64,000 nucleotides of DNA from Alphaproteobacteria bacterium (lineage in GTDB: Bacteria; Pseudomonadota; Alphaproteobacteria; CALKHQ01). The notes beneath the pieces were generated by a model that searched no databases, was not told where the DNA came from, and worked only from the letters and a program-made list of their open reading frames with translations. Where the stretch lies: the NCBI GenBank assembly GCA_965227515.1, contig CBDDFZ010000001.1:1216001-1280000 (forward strand), in the 5' to 3' direction. Below are positions 39,950 through 50,186 of the stretch, one piece after another; within the stretch, counting starts at the first letter, position 1, and every line of letters starts with the position of its first letter. A program made the position numbers and the translations under genes.

Positions 39950-40630
39950 GTGACTGCCAAGACCGGCTTCGACACAAAGCACCCGAAGGGGCAGACCGCG
40001 TTCCTGCTCGACAGGTTCGGAGTCACGCTGGTGGTGGATGTCGGCGCCAATCGCGGCCAGTACGCGCGCGGGCTGCGCGACCATGGCTATGGCGGGCGGA
40101 TCGTGTCGCTGGAGCCGCTGTCGGAGGCGCATGCCGCGTTGGAGGCTGCGGCGGCCGGCGACCCGGCCTGGACCGTGGCGCCGCGCGCGGCGGTGGGGGC
40201 GTCAGCGGGCACCGCCACCATCAACGTCTCCGCCTCGTCCGACATGAGTTCGGCGCTCGCTTTCACCGCGGAGACCGAGCGCCACTTCGCATCCGACCGG
40301 TTCGTCGCCGCGGAGACCGTGCCGCAGACCACGGTGGACGCCGTGCTGGCGGAACATGCGCGGCCCGGCGACCGGGTGTTCCTGAAGTCGGACACCCAGG
40401 GGTTCGAGTTGGAGGTGCTGAAGGGCGCGGCCGCCAGCCTGCCAACGATCACGGGCCTGCAACTGGAGGTCTCGCTACACCCGATCTACCAGGGGCAGCC
40501 GGGGTTCGCCGACGTGCTTGCAGCGGTGGCAGTGCACGGCTTCGCCATCCACCAGGTGATCCCCGGCTATTTCAGCCGCCACCACGGCCGCATGCTGGAG
40601 ATGGACGCGGTGCTGTTCCGGGAGGGGTAG
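39950..40630 (+). CDS. FkbM-family methyltransferase
   Basis: VDVGANRGQY and LKSDTQGFELEVLKG. AGGAGG before GTG 39950. Confidence 0.88.
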   Translation: MTAKTGFDTKHPKGQTAFLLDRFGVTLVVDVGANRGQYARGLRDHGYGGRIVSLEPLSEAHAALEAAAAGDPAWTVAPRAAVGASAGTATINVSASSDMSSALAFTAETERHFASDRFVAAETVPQTTVDAVLAEHARPGDRVFLKSDTQGFELEVLKGAAASLPTITGLQLEVSLHPIYQGQPGFADVLAAVAVHGFAIHQVIPGYFSRHHGRMLEMDAVLFREG

Positions 40631-40642
40631 TAGCTCAGAATC

Positions 40643-40730
40643 GTAGCCCGGGTGGAGCGCAGCGCAACCCGGGGTAAATCCGTGCCGCCACCCGTAGTCC
40701 CCGGGTTCCGTTCCACTCCACCCGGGCTAC
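40643..40730. repeat. GTAG-type REP doublet (intact)
   Basis: GTAGCCCGGGTGGAGCGCAGCGCAACCCGGGG ... CCCCGGGTTCCGTTCCACTCCACCCGGGCTAC. Confidence 0.88.
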
Positions 40731-41998
40731 ACCCCCCGCACCAGCACGTGGCGTTTCTTGCCGGCGGAAAGCTTGATCGCGCCGTCGGGCCCGGCGTCGG
40801 CGGAGGAGACGGTGACGCTGTCGTCGGCAATCGGCGTGTCGTTCAGCCGGGCGCCGCCGCCCTTGATCAGCCGTCGCGCCGCTGAGTTACTGTCAGCCAG
40901 CCCGGCGCGGGCCAGCAGCACGAAGGCCGGCATGCCGGCGTCCAGCTCCGCCGACGGCACCTCCACCGTCGGCAGGCCGGCGGCGGTGGCCCCGGCCTCG
41001 AACGTCGCGCGCGCGGTCTCCGCCGCCTGTTCGGCCGCCGCGTCGCCGTGGGCCAGCCTGGTCGCCTCGGTCGCCAGCACCTTCTTGGCATCGTTGAGTT
41101 CCGCGCCCTCTAGCGCAGACAGCCGTGCGATCTCGTCCATCGGCAGCTCGGTGAAATAGGCCATGAACCGGCCGACGTCGCCGTCCTCGGTGTTGCGCCA
41201 GAACTGCCAGTAGTCGTAGGCGCTGAGCCGCTCCTCGTTCAGCCACACTGCGCCAGCGGCGGTCTTGCCCATCTTGGCGCCGCTGGAGGTGGTGATCAGC
41301 GGGCAGGTCAGCCCGAACATCGGCGGCGCGTCCTGGTCATCGGCCGCCGCCACCCGGCGGCCCAGCTCGACGCCATTGACGATGTTGCCCCACTGATCCG
41401 ACCCGCCCATCTGCAGACGGCAGCCGAGGCGGTTGCGCAGCTCCACGAAGTCGTAGGCCTGCAGGATCATGTAGTTGAATTCCAGGAACGACAGCGGCTG
41501 GTCGCGCTCCAGGCGCAGCTTCACGGAATCGAAGCTCAGCATGCGGTTGACCGAGAAATGCCGGCCGAAATCGCGCAGGAACGGGATGTAGGTCAGCGTG
41601 TCCAGCCAGTCGGCATTGTTGACCATGATGGCGTCGGTCGGCCCGTCGCCGAAGGTCAGGAAGCGCTCGAACACCTTGCGGATGCCGGCCATGTTGGCGG
41701 CGATCGCCTCGTCGGTCAGCAACACCCGGCTCTCGTCCTTGCCGGAGGGATCGCCCACCTTGGTGGTGCCGCCGCCCATCAGCACGATCGGCTTGTGGCC
41801 GGTCTTCTGCAGCCAGCGCAGCATCATGATGCCCATCAGGCTGCCGACGTGCAGGCTGTCGGCGGTGCAGTCGAAGCCGATATACGCCGTCACGGGCTCG
41901 CGCGATGCCAGGTTGTCCAGCGCGGCCGGGTCGGTGCATTGATGCAGGAAGCCGCGCGCCTCGAGTGTCGACATGAAGTCCGACGTGAACGCGCTCAT
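40727..41998 (-). CDS. tyrS: Tyrosine--tRNA ligase
   Basis: [15 protein letters not shown] (HIGH), [16 protein letters not shown] (KMSKS) and a C-terminal S4 domain. Confidence 0.97.
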   Translation of the reverse strand: MSAFTSDFMSTLEARGFLHQCTDPAALDNLASREPVTAYIGFDCTADSLHVGSLMGIMMLRWLQKTGHKPIVLMGGGTTKVGDPSGKDESRVLLTDEAIAANMAGIRKVFERFLTFGDGPTDAIMVNNADWLDTLTYIPFLRDFGRHFSVNRMLSFDSVKLRLERDQPLSFLEFNYMILQAYDFVELRNRLGCRLQMGGSDQWGNIVNGVELGRRVAAADDQDAPPMFGLTCPLITTSSGAKMGKTAAGAVWLNEERLSAYDYWQFWRNTEDGDVGRFMAYFTELPMDEIARLSALEGAELNDAKKVLATEATRLAHGDAAAEQAAETARATFEAGATAAGLPTVEVPSAELDAGMPAFVLLARAGLADSNSAARRLIKGGGARLNDTPIADDSVTVSSADAGPDGAIKLSAGKKRHVLVRGV

Positions 41999-42096
41999 GA
42001 CAGTCAGGTTCCGTTGATGCTTTGATTGATGGCGGGCGCCTCGTCTACCATCCGGGCTTCGACATGCCAACGGACGATTCGTGCAAAGGGTCGAGG

Positions 42097-43233
42097 ATGG
42101 AAGCCCGCAACCGCGTCTACACCGCGCTGGGGTTGATGACCGGGACGTCGGTCGACGGCATCGACGCGGCGATCGTCCGCACCGACGGCGACCGCATGGT
42201 CGAGCGCGGCCACTGGTCCGGCGCACCGTTTCCGGACGGGCTGGAGGATCGGCTGCGAGCTGCCCTTGGCGCCACCGCGCCGACCCCGCAGATCGCGGCG
42301 CTGGAGACCGACTTCACCCGCGCTCACGCGCCGGTCGTGGCGGCGCTGATCGAGGCGGCCGGGCTGTCCGCGGGCGATATCGACGTCATCGGCTTCCACG
42401 GCCAGACCCTGTGGCATGACCCGGCCAACCGCCGCACCTGGCAGATCGGCGACGGCGCGTTGCTGGCGCGGCTGACAGGCATTCCGGTGGTCAACGAATT
42501 CAGGCTGGCCGATGTGGCGGCCGGCGGGCAGGGCGCGCCGTTCGCGCCGCTCTATCACGACGCGCTGGCCACCGGCCTGCCGCGCCCGCTGGCGGTGCTG
42601 AACCTGGGGGGCGTCGGCAACGTCACGCTGTTGCGTGCGGACGAACCGCCGCTCGCGTTCGACACCGGCCCGGCGAACGCGATGCTGGACGACTGGATGG
42701 CGGCGCGCACTGGCGCCTCGTGCGACCGCGACGGGAAGGCGGGCGCGGCGGGCACAGTCGACCGCGATCTGGTGGCCCGCTGGTGCGCCGATCCCTATTT
42801 CCGCCTGCCGGCACCGAAATCGCTGGACCGCAATGCCTTCGCCGTACCGGGGCTGGGCAGCCTGTCGACCGAGGATGGGGCTGCGACGCTGACCGCCTTC
42901 ACCGTCGCCAGCGTGGCGCTGGCCCGCGACCTGCTGCCGGAAGCGCCGGCGCGCTGGCTGGTCACCGGCGGCGGCCGGCACAACCTGACGATGATGGCGA
43001 TGCTGCGCGAGGCGCTGGGCGCGCCGGTCGACCCGGTCGAGGCGGTCGGCTGGGATGGGGATGCCATCGAGGCGCAGGCGTTCGCCTACCTCGCGGTCCG
43101 CAGCCTGAAAGGCCTGCCGCTGAGCGTGCCGTCCACGACCGGCGTACCCGCTGCGACCACCGGTGGCCGCGTGCACACGCCCGCGGGGTCCGCCTCCGGC
43201 GGCGGCGCCTACGCCAGCTCGGTCAGCCGCTGA
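42097..43233 (+). CDS. anmK: Anhydro-N-acetylmuramic acid kinase
   Basis: [31 protein letters not shown] and EAQAFAYLA. Confidence 0.95.
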   Translation: MEARNRVYTALGLMTGTSVDGIDAAIVRTDGDRMVERGHWSGAPFPDGLEDRLRAALGATAPTPQIAALETDFTRAHAPVVAALIEAAGLSAGDIDVIGFHGQTLWHDPANRRTWQIGDGALLARLTGIPVVNEFRLADVAAGGQGAPFAPLYHDALATGLPRPLAVLNLGGVGNVTLLRADEPPLAFDTGPANAMLDDWMAARTGASCDRDGKAGAAGTVDRDLVARWCADPYFRLPAPKSLDRNAFAVPGLGSLSTEDGAATLTAFTVASVALARDLLPEAPARWLVTGGGRHNLTMMAMLREALGAPVDPVEAVGWDGDAIEAQAFAYLAVRSLKGLPLSVPSTTGVPAATTGGRVHTPAGSASGGGAYASSVSR

Positions 43234-43856
43234 TCCAGATAGGTGTCGACGTGGCCGATCATCTCGGCCATGTGGTCGGAGAAATAGTGGTTCGCGCCGG
43301 GGATCACCTCGTGGGTGATGGTGATGCCGCGCTGCAGGTTCAGTTTCTCGACCAGCTTGGCGACGTCGTCCGGCGGCACGATATCGTCGCGGTCGCCGTT
43401 GACCATGATGCCCGAGGCCGGGCAGGGCGCCAGGAACGCGAAGTCGTAGAGATTGGCCGGCGGCGCCACCGAGATGAAGCCGCTGATCTCTGGCCGCCGC
43501 ATCAGTAGCTGCATGCCGATCCAGGCGCCGAACGAGAACCCGCCCACCCAGCAATTGCGGGCGTTGGGGTTGTAGGACTGCAGCCAGTCGAGCGCCGACG
43601 CCGCGTCCGACAGTTCGCCCTCGCCACGCGCATAGGTGCCCTGGCTGCGCCCTACGCCACGGAAATTGAACCTGAGCGTCGAGTATCCCCGCGAAACGAA
43701 GTTCTGGTACAGCGCATAGACCACCTTGTTGTGCATCGTGCCGCCATGCTGCGGGTGCGGGTGCAGCAACAACGCGACGGGTGCGTTCGGCTCCTTGCTG
43801 TGGTGGTACCGGCCCTCAAGGCGACCCTCGGGGCCGCTGATAATCACGTCAGGCAT
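43209..43856 (-). CDS. Alpha/beta hydrolase, conserved type found beside cysE/isc genes
   Basis: LHPHPQHGGTM, RFNFRGVG and GFSFG. Confidence 0.9.
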   Translation of the reverse strand: MPDVIISGPEGRLEGRYHHSKEPNAPVALLLHPHPQHGGTMHNKVVYALYQNFVSRGYSTLRFNFRGVGRSQGTYARGEGELSDAASALDWLQSYNPNARNCWVGGFSFGAWIGMQLLMRRPEISGFISVAPPANLYDFAFLAPCPASGIMVNGDRDDIVPPDDVAKLVEKLNLQRGITITHEVIPGANHYFSDHMAEMIGHVDTYLDQRLTELA

Positions 43857-44045
43857 GTTTGATGTGCGCCTCTTGGCATGTTCCTAAGGTCTCGCAGGCA
43901 GTGCGTAGCGTCACTCGATGGGCTGGTGGGTCTGTTGATCGCGCCGCCGCGTGGCCTATATGGTGCTTCCTGGGGTGCATGTGGTACCTGTTTGTCCAAT
44001 TATTGGCAAGCAAACGGCACTTTTTCGGCGGTCTGGGAGGACCCA

Positions 44046-44789
44046 ATGTTCACGCGCCTACGCGACGACATGCGCGCCATCCGGCAGCGCGATCCCGCCG
44101 CCCGGTCGACGATGTCGATCCTGTTCTGCTATCCCGGCCTGCATGCGCTGATCTTCTATCGCACGGCGAACCGCTTCTGGCGCTGGCGCTGGCGGTTCCT
44201 GGCGCGCTACGTCTCCGCCATCGGGCGCTGGATGACCGGCATCGAGATTCACCCCGGCGCCAAGATCGGCCGCGGCTTCTTCATCGACCACGGCATGGGC
44301 GTGGTGATCGGCGAGACCGCCGAGATCGGCGAGAACGTGACGCTGTATCACGGCGTCACCCTGGGCGGTGTCTCGCCGGCGGTGGACAGCCACGAGCAGC
44401 GCAACCAGAAGCGTCACCCGACGCTGGAGGACGGCGTCATCGTTGGCTCCGGCGCGCAGGTGCTTGGCCCCATCACGGTTGGTGCCGGCGCGCGGGTGGG
44501 CGCCAATGCGGTCGTCACCAAGGACGTGGCCCCGGCGACCACGGTGGTCGGCATTCCGGCCCGCCCGGTGAAGCGCGCGCAGGATTTGGATACGGCCTTC
44601 GCGCCCTATGGCACCCCGCTTGGCGACGTGCCCGACCCCTCGTCGCGGGCGATCGAGGGCCTGCTGGCGGAGATCGGCAAGCTCGGCGCCCGGGTGAAGG
44701 AGCTGGAAGACCAGGCGGCGGCCGGCAATGGCCGGTTCCCCGACGCCGACGCCGACCGCCCCGCAGGCACCCCGCGCCCCGATTGTTGA
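44046..44789 (+). CDS. cysE: Serine O-acetyltransferase
   Basis: [31 protein letters not shown] and KRHPT. Confidence 0.95.
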   Translation: MFTRLRDDMRAIRQRDPAARSTMSILFCYPGLHALIFYRTANRFWRWRWRFLARYVSAIGRWMTGIEIHPGAKIGRGFFIDHGMGVVIGETAEIGENVTLYHGVTLGGVSPAVDSHEQRNQKRHPTLEDGVIVGSGAQVLGPITVGAGARVGANAVVTKDVAPATTVVGIPARPVKRAQDLDTAFAPYGTPLGDVPDPSSRAIEGLLAEIGKLGARVKELEDQAAAGNGRFPDADADRPAGTPRPDC

Positions 44790-44806
44790 GCTGGGGGCCT
44801 TTTTTC

Positions 44807-44892
44807 GTAGCCCGGGTGGAGCGTTGCGAAACCCGGGGCAATGCCACCGCCGCTGAAGGTCCCCGGGTTCCATTTCATTTCACCCGGGCTAC
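44807..44892. repeat. GTAG-type REP doublet (intact)
   Basis: GTAGCCCGGGTGGAGCGTTGCGAAACCCGGGG ... CCCCGGGTTCCATTTCATTTCACCCGGGCTAC. Confidence 0.88.
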
Positions 44893-44913
44893 GCGACCGA
44901 GCAAGGCGTCGCG

Positions 44914-46014
44914 ATGACCCAACCCACCTACCTCGACTACAACGCGACCGCGCCGCTGCGGCCAGAGGCACGTCAAGCGATGACGGCGGCGTTCGACGTC
45001 TGCGGCAACCCGTCCTCGGTCCACGGTTTCGGTCGCGCGGCCCATGCGCTGGTCGAGGACGCCCGCGAGACCCTGGCTGACGCGCTGGGCGTCGCGGCGG
45101 CGAATGTCGTCTTTACCGGCGGCGGCACCGAGGCCAACAACGCAGCGCTGAGTGATACCAGCGGGCGGCCCCTCATCCTGAGCGCCATCGAGCACGACAG
45201 CGTCCGCGCGATGGCGACGGACCGGCCGGATGCGCATGTCGCGCCGGTGACGCCCAACGGCACGGTCGACCTGACCGCGCTGGAGGCCGTGCTCGACCGC
45301 TGTGACGGCCCGGCGGTTGTCGCGGTGATGGCGGCCAACAACGAGACCGGCGTGGTGCAGCCAATTGCCGAAATCGCCGCCCTCGTGCATGGGCGCGGCG
45401 GGCATCTGCATTGCGATGCCGTGCAGGCGTTCACCAAGATCGCCATGACGGACGCAGTGGCCGGCGCCGATACGCTGGCAGTCTCCGCCCACAAGTTCGG
45501 TGGGCCGCAGGGTGTCGGCGCCTTGGTGGTACGCGACGGCGTCTCGCTGCCGCCGCTGCTGCGCGGCGGCGGGCAGGAGCGGGGCCGGCGGGCCGGCACC
45601 CACAACGTCGCCGCCATCGCCGGCTTCGCCGCGGCGGTGAAGGCGGCGATAGCCGACGAGGGCCTGCCGCAGCGGCTCGCCGAACTGCGCGATGCGATGG
45701 AGGCGCGCATCTTGGCGGCGACCAATCGGGTCGAGGTGGTGGGTACCGCGTCGCCACGCCTGCCGAACACCTCGTGCCTGCTGCTGGACGGCATGTCCGC
45801 CGACATCCAGGTCATGCGGCTCGACCTCGCCGGGGTCGCGGTCAGTGCCGGGGCGGCCTGTTCCTCGGGCAAGATCGCGCCCAGCCACGTGCTCGCCGCC
45901 ATGGGCTATGACGACGCCGCGGCGGGGTCCGCCATCCGGGTCAGTCTGGGCTGGGCCACCACCGCCGACGACGTCGACCGGTTCGCGGATGCCTATCTCG
46001 CGCTGACGCGTTAG
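44914..46014 (+). CDS. Cysteine desulfurase, IscS/NifS group I
   Basis: YLDYNATAP, GNPSS, SAHKFGGP (PLP lysine) and SAGAACSSG (catalytic Cys). Confidence 0.92.
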   Translation: MTQPTYLDYNATAPLRPEARQAMTAAFDVCGNPSSVHGFGRAAHALVEDARETLADALGVAAANVVFTGGGTEANNAALSDTSGRPLILSAIEHDSVRAMATDRPDAHVAPVTPNGTVDLTALEAVLDRCDGPAVVAVMAANNETGVVQPIAEIAALVHGRGGHLHCDAVQAFTKIAMTDAVAGADTLAVSAHKFGGPQGVGALVVRDGVSLPPLLRGGGQERGRRAGTHNVAAIAGFAAAVKAAIADEGLPQRLAELRDAMEARILAATNRVEVVGTASPRLPNTSCLLLDGMSADIQVMRLDLAGVAVSAGAACSSGKIAPSHVLAAMGYDDAAAGSAIRVSLGWATTADDVDRFADAYLALTR

Positions 46015-46038
46015 CCATTGGCTAACGCGTTAGATGTC

Positions 46039-46127
46039 AAGTCTGCGCCGGCCCTCTCCCCCACCCGGCCACCCACGAAAGTATCCTGATTGGGTGGCCG
46101 GGTGGGGGAGAGGGCTGGTGCCGATTT
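46039..46127. repeat. Long palindromic intergenic repeat, copy 3
   Basis: CCCTCTCCCCCACCCGGCCACCCA-cgaaagtatcctgat-TGGGTGGCCGGGTGGGGGAGAGGG. Confidence 0.85.
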
Positions 46128-46220
46128 GGCGTTTACGCCCGACAACTCACCGAAACCGCCCTTGCCAATTCCGCCCCGCCTATTGTACGTCCGGCGCAGC
46201 CCGCCACCGGAGACGCCCGT

Positions 46221-46550
46221 ATGCCGAAAATGACGTTCATCAGCCCAGACGGCCGCCGCACCGAAGTCGATGCGCCGCTAGGCCTGTCGGTGCTGGAGAT
46301 CGCCCACCGCAACGGCATCGATATCGAAGGCGCCTGCGAGGGGTCGCTCGCCTGCTCCACCTGCCACGTGATCGTGGACAAGGACTGGTACAAGAAGCTT
46401 GAAGATGCCAGCGAGGACGAGGAGGACATGCTCGACCTCGCGTTCGGGCTGACCGCCACCTCGCGGCTGGGCTGCCAGATCATCATCACCGAGGAACTGG
46501 ACGGGCTCACCGTGCGTCTGCCCGACGAAGTCCGCAACATGATGGGTTGA
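46221..46550 (+). CDS. fdx: Adrenodoxin-type 2Fe-2S ferredoxin
   Basis: [19 protein letters not shown] and SRLGCQ. Confidence 0.93.
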   Translation: MPKMTFISPDGRRTEVDAPLGLSVLEIAHRNGIDIEGACEGSLACSTCHVIVDKDWYKKLEDASEDEEDMLDLAFGLTATSRLGCQIIITEELDGLTVRLPDEVRNMMG

Positions 46551-46622
46551 GGCGGGACTACGCATTCCTATGGGCCTCGATTGCCATGACCGAAGCCGCC
46601 TCGGGTGGTGAATCAACCAAAT

Positions 46623-46799
46623 TGACGCCCTCGGCCTTGTGCCGAGGGCCCATTGATGGGCTGTTCCCGGTGTCGAAGGCGATGCACATATCGCGCGTGC
46701 CACGGAACATCAATGATCTCCGTCGTAGACGCGTGCTGAACGGATTACGGCCCGCGTACTGGCCGCAAATGGGCCCTCGGCACAAGGCCGAGGGCATCA
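46623..46799. repeat. CCCTCG-hairpin REP doublet, copy 2
   Basis: TGACGCCCTCGGCCTTGTGCCGAGGGCCCATT ... AATGGGCCCTCGGCACAAGGCCGAGGGCATCA. Confidence 0.8.
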
Positions 46800-46821
46800 T
46801 GTATTTCTTTTGGAAGTGGCG

Positions 46822-47520
46822 ATGACCGGCGGCCGGAACCAGCGCCTGTTCGAGCGCCTGCGCGACGGGTGTTCCGATGAATGGCGCGCCTATGTCGAGC
46901 ACCGCTTCGTGCGCGAAATGGCCGCCGGCACGCTGCCCGAGGCGGCGTTTCGCGCCTATCTGGTGCAGGACTACCTGTTCCTGATCCAGTTCGCGCGGGC
47001 CTACGCGCTGGCCGCCTTCAAGAGCGACCGGGTCGCGGACATGAAGAGTGCCGCGACCGGGCTCGACGCGATCCTCAACACCGAGATGGCCCTCCATGTC
47101 GGCTTCTGCGCCGACTGGGGCCTCAGCGAAGCGGACATGGCTGCCGCGCCCGAGCATTCGCACAACATCGCCTACACCCGCTATGTGCTGGACTGCGGCA
47201 TGGCTGGCGATTTGTTGGACATGCATGTCGCGCTGGCGCCCTGCATGGTCGGCTATGCCGAGATAGGCGCGCGGCTGGTCGCCGACCCGGCGACCGTGCG
47301 CGACGGCAATCCGTACTGGCGGTGGATCGAGACCTACGCCGCCGACGATTTCCAGGCGGTGGCGGCCGAGGAGCGGGCGATGCTCGACCGGCTGGCGGCG
47401 CGCACCGGCGTGGAGGCGCGGTTCGAGCGGCTGCAGGACATCTTCCGCACCGCGACCCGCCTGGAAGCCGGGTTCTGGCAAATGGGCTTAGACCTTCAGG
47501 ACGCGCCCCTAGCCTCCTGA
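46822..47520 (+). CDS. tenA: Thiaminase II / TenA aminopyrimidine aminohydrolase
   Basis: YLVQDYLFL, ALAPCMVGY (catalytic Cys) and LEAGFW. Confidence 0.9.
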   Translation: MTGGRNQRLFERLRDGCSDEWRAYVEHRFVREMAAGTLPEAAFRAYLVQDYLFLIQFARAYALAAFKSDRVADMKSAATGLDAILNTEMALHVGFCADWGLSEADMAAAPEHSHNIAYTRYVLDCGMAGDLLDMHVALAPCMVGYAEIGARLVADPATVRDGNPYWRWIETYAADDFQAVAAEERAMLDRLAARTGVEARFERLQDIFRTATRLEAGFWQMGLDLQDAPLAS

Positions 47521-47531
47521 CCTGAATCGCC

Positions 47532-47559
47532 TTGCCGTACCCGGCGGCGTCAATAAAAT
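47532..47559 (+). promoter_or_regulatory. Candidate sigma70 promoter
   Basis: TTGCCG-N16-TAAAAT upstream of the gene at 47653. Confidence 0.35.
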
Positions 47560-47652
47560 GTCATGCAGACTTTCAAATAAGGGTCACAATCCCCATATGG
47601 CGGGGTTCTGCCGAACGGCGTGATGTAGCAGAAGAACAGAAAAGCTGAAGAC

Positions 47653-49050
47653 ATGAGCGTCGCCTATTCACAGGATTTCAAGTCGCGCAGCCGCACCACC
47701 CGCCTGTTGCAGTCGCCCATCGGCGGCGCGATGACCGGCTGGTGGGTCGACGGCCCCGCGCTCCACACCGTGACCCGGCTGATGTTCCCGCTGAACCGCA
47801 TGTGGGCGGCGGCCAATCTGGTGGGCACCGATGTCGAGCGGTTCGCCGATACGGTGCCGGCGCGTTTCCCGGCCAGGGCCCAGCGGCAGATCGAGCGTGG
47901 CCTGGAGCGTATCGCGACCACCCGCGACGCCTTCGAGAACGCGCGCGCGGCGCACCGCGAGCTGTTCTGGGGCGCGGGCAGTGCCGACGAAGAGACATTG
48001 GTGGCAGCCGAGGATGCCAGGCTCGCCGCCAGCGACCGCTACATGGCGAGCCGGCTGGCGTTCTGGTCGTTGCGCCTGCGCACCCGGATCCCGGCGGTGC
48101 GCGACGAGGTCTGGTCGCCGGAGCGCCTGTTCGACAGGTTCGAGTCGGCCATCGCCGACCCGGCGGAGGTCTACGGCCTGCCGGACCTGCCCGACGTGCA
48201 GGCATCGCGGGCGCTTACCATCAATCCGACCCGGCGCGACTATTGGCTGACCTACCGCTCGCCGTCGCCTTTCATGAACGACATCGTCACCGCGCGGGTG
48301 CGCGAGCCCATCGGTGTCGACAACCCGCCGACGCTGATCTTCGGCTCCGGCGTCGGCATCGACACCGACCTGTCGACCGACCCGATCAACGACTACGACC
48401 ACTTCATCGCCCGCGGCGTGCGGGTGGTGGAACTGGAGACGCCGTGGCACTCGAACCGCTGCCTCGAGGGCTGGTGGTCGGGCGAACCGTTCTTCGGCCA
48501 GGCGCCGTTCGGGCCCATCGCGCTGTTCTCGGCCGAGGCGTTCGATTTCGCGACTCTCACCCGCTGGGCGCGCGGCAACAGCACCGGCGCGGTCGGCATC
48601 GGCGGGGTCAGCCTCGGCGCGCTGGCGGCCCAGATGGCCGCCTGCAATGCCGACCTGTGGCCCACGGTCATGCGGCCCGACGTGATGTTCCTGGTGACCG
48701 TGGCCGATGGCCTCGACCGCATGGTCTACGACAGCGCGATGGCGCGCACGCTCGGCATGCGCAAGTCGCTGGAGAAACACGGCTGGACCCGCGAACTGAT
48801 GGCGCGCCTGCGGCCGATTGCCGATCCGGTGCGCCCGCCGGCCATGAAGCCGGAGGACATCGTGATGGTGCTGGGCACCAAGGACACGGTGACGCCGTTC
48901 GAGCGTGGCATGGCCTGCGCCAAGGCGTGGGGCGTGCCGTCGGAGAACCTGTTCGTCAGCCGCCGTGGGCACTTCTCCGCGCCGCTGAACACCATCCGCG
49001 ACCACAGCGCGGTCGACCGCGTGGCGGCGCGGTTGCAGGCCGGCGCCTGA
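47653..49050 (+). CDS. Alpha/beta hydrolase-fold protein of unknown substrate
   Basis: Nucleophile elbow GVSLG, then KDTVTP (Asp) and GHFS (His). Confidence 0.7.
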   Translation: MSVAYSQDFKSRSRTTRLLQSPIGGAMTGWWVDGPALHTVTRLMFPLNRMWAAANLVGTDVERFADTVPARFPARAQRQIERGLERIATTRDAFENARAAHRELFWGAGSADEETLVAAEDARLAASDRYMASRLAFWSLRLRTRIPAVRDEVWSPERLFDRFESAIADPAEVYGLPDLPDVQASRALTINPTRRDYWLTYRSPSPFMNDIVTARVREPIGVDNPPTLIFGSGVGIDTDLSTDPINDYDHFIARGVRVVELETPWHSNRCLEGWWSGEPFFGQAPFGPIALFSAEAFDFATLTRWARGNSTGAVGIGGVSLGALAAQMAACNADLWPTVMRPDVMFLVTVADGLDRMVYDSAMARTLGMRKSLEKHGWTRELMARLRPIADPVRPPAMKPEDIVMVLGTKDTVTPFERGMACAKAWGVPSENLFVSRRGHFSAPLNTIRDHSAVDRVAARLQAGA

Positions 49051-49084
49051 GCCGGCCGGGACCGCGGACAGGGCACCCGGCGAC

Positions 49085-50167
49085 GTGGCCGCGATAACCG
49101 ACACCACGACCGGGCTTTACCGCATTCCGCTGCCGGTGGTGCTGAGCGACAGCACCCATGGCGAGATGGCCGCGTTCGAGCTGGTGACGGCGCGGGTGCG
49201 CGATGCCGACGGCGTGGTCGGTGTCGGCTACACCTACACGGTCGGCCGCAATGGCACCGCGGTCGCGGCGACCGTTCGCGACGAGCTCGCCGAGCTGATC
49301 GCCGGCCAGGACGCAGACCTCATCGAACACCTCTGGCAGCGCATGTGGTGGGGCACCCATTATGGCGGGCGCGGCGGGGCCACCGTGCTGGCGATCTCCG
49401 CCGTCGACATCGCGCTGTGGGACCTGAAGGCCAAGCGCGCGAACACCGCGCTGTGGCGGCTGCTCGGCGGCTATGACCCGCGTGTGCCGTGCTATGCCGG
49501 CGGCATCGACCTGGAGCTGCCGCTGAACGACCTGCTGCGCCAGACCGATGGGAACCTGGAAAAGGGCTTTCGTGCCATCAAGATGAAGGTGGGCCGAGAA
49601 CGCCTGCGCGAGGACGTTGAGCGGGTGGCCGCCATGCGCGCGCATCTGGGCGACGGCTTCCCGCTGATGGTCGATGCCAACATGCGCTGGACGGTGGACC
49701 AGGCGATCCGCGCCGCCCGCGCGTTCGCCGACTATGACCTGACATGGCTGGAAGAGCCCATCGTGCCCGATGACGTCACCGGCCATGCGCGGGTGCGCGC
49801 CGAGGGCGGCCTGCCGATTGCGGCCGGCGAGAACCTGCGCACGGTGTGGGATTTCCGGCATCTGATCGCCGATGGCGGGGTCAGTTTCCCCGAGCCCGAC
49901 GTCACCAATTGCGGCGGCGTCAGCGGCTTCATGAAGATCGCGCGGCTGGCCGAGGCATTCAACCTGCCGGTCACCTCCCACGGCGCCCACGACATCACCG
50001 TGCAATTGCTTGCCGCCTGCCCCAACCGCTCTTATCTGGAAGCTCATGGTTTCGGCCTGGAGCGCTTCGTCACCCGGCCGTTCGAAATTGCCGACGGCAA
50101 GGCGATAGCGGCCGATGTGCCGGGCCACGGCGTGGATTTCGACTGGGAGGCGCTGGCTCGCCTCTAA
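49085..50167 (+). CDS. Mandelate racemase/muconate lactonizing enzyme family (enolase superfamily)
   Basis: VDIALWDL, KMK, MVDAN, WLEEP, AGEN, EPD and TSH. Confidence 0.9.
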   Translation: MAAITDTTTGLYRIPLPVVLSDSTHGEMAAFELVTARVRDADGVVGVGYTYTVGRNGTAVAATVRDELAELIAGQDADLIEHLWQRMWWGTHYGGRGGATVLAISAVDIALWDLKAKRANTALWRLLGGYDPRVPCYAGGIDLELPLNDLLRQTDGNLEKGFRAIKMKVGRERLREDVERVAAMRAHLGDGFPLMVDANMRWTVDQAIRAARAFADYDLTWLEEPIVPDDVTGHARVRAEGGLPIAAGENLRTVWDFRHLIADGGVSFPEPDVTNCGGVSGFMKIARLAEAFNLPVTSHGAHDITVQLLAACPNRSYLEAHGFGLERFVTRPFEIADGKAIAADVPGHGVDFDWEALARL

Positions 50168-50186
50168 CAGCCGCGGAGGCGACGAG

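Noticed and set aside
46551-46821. TPP riboswitch upstream of tenA
   Set aside because: No CTGAGA core was found, and the hairpins are explained by a REP doublet.
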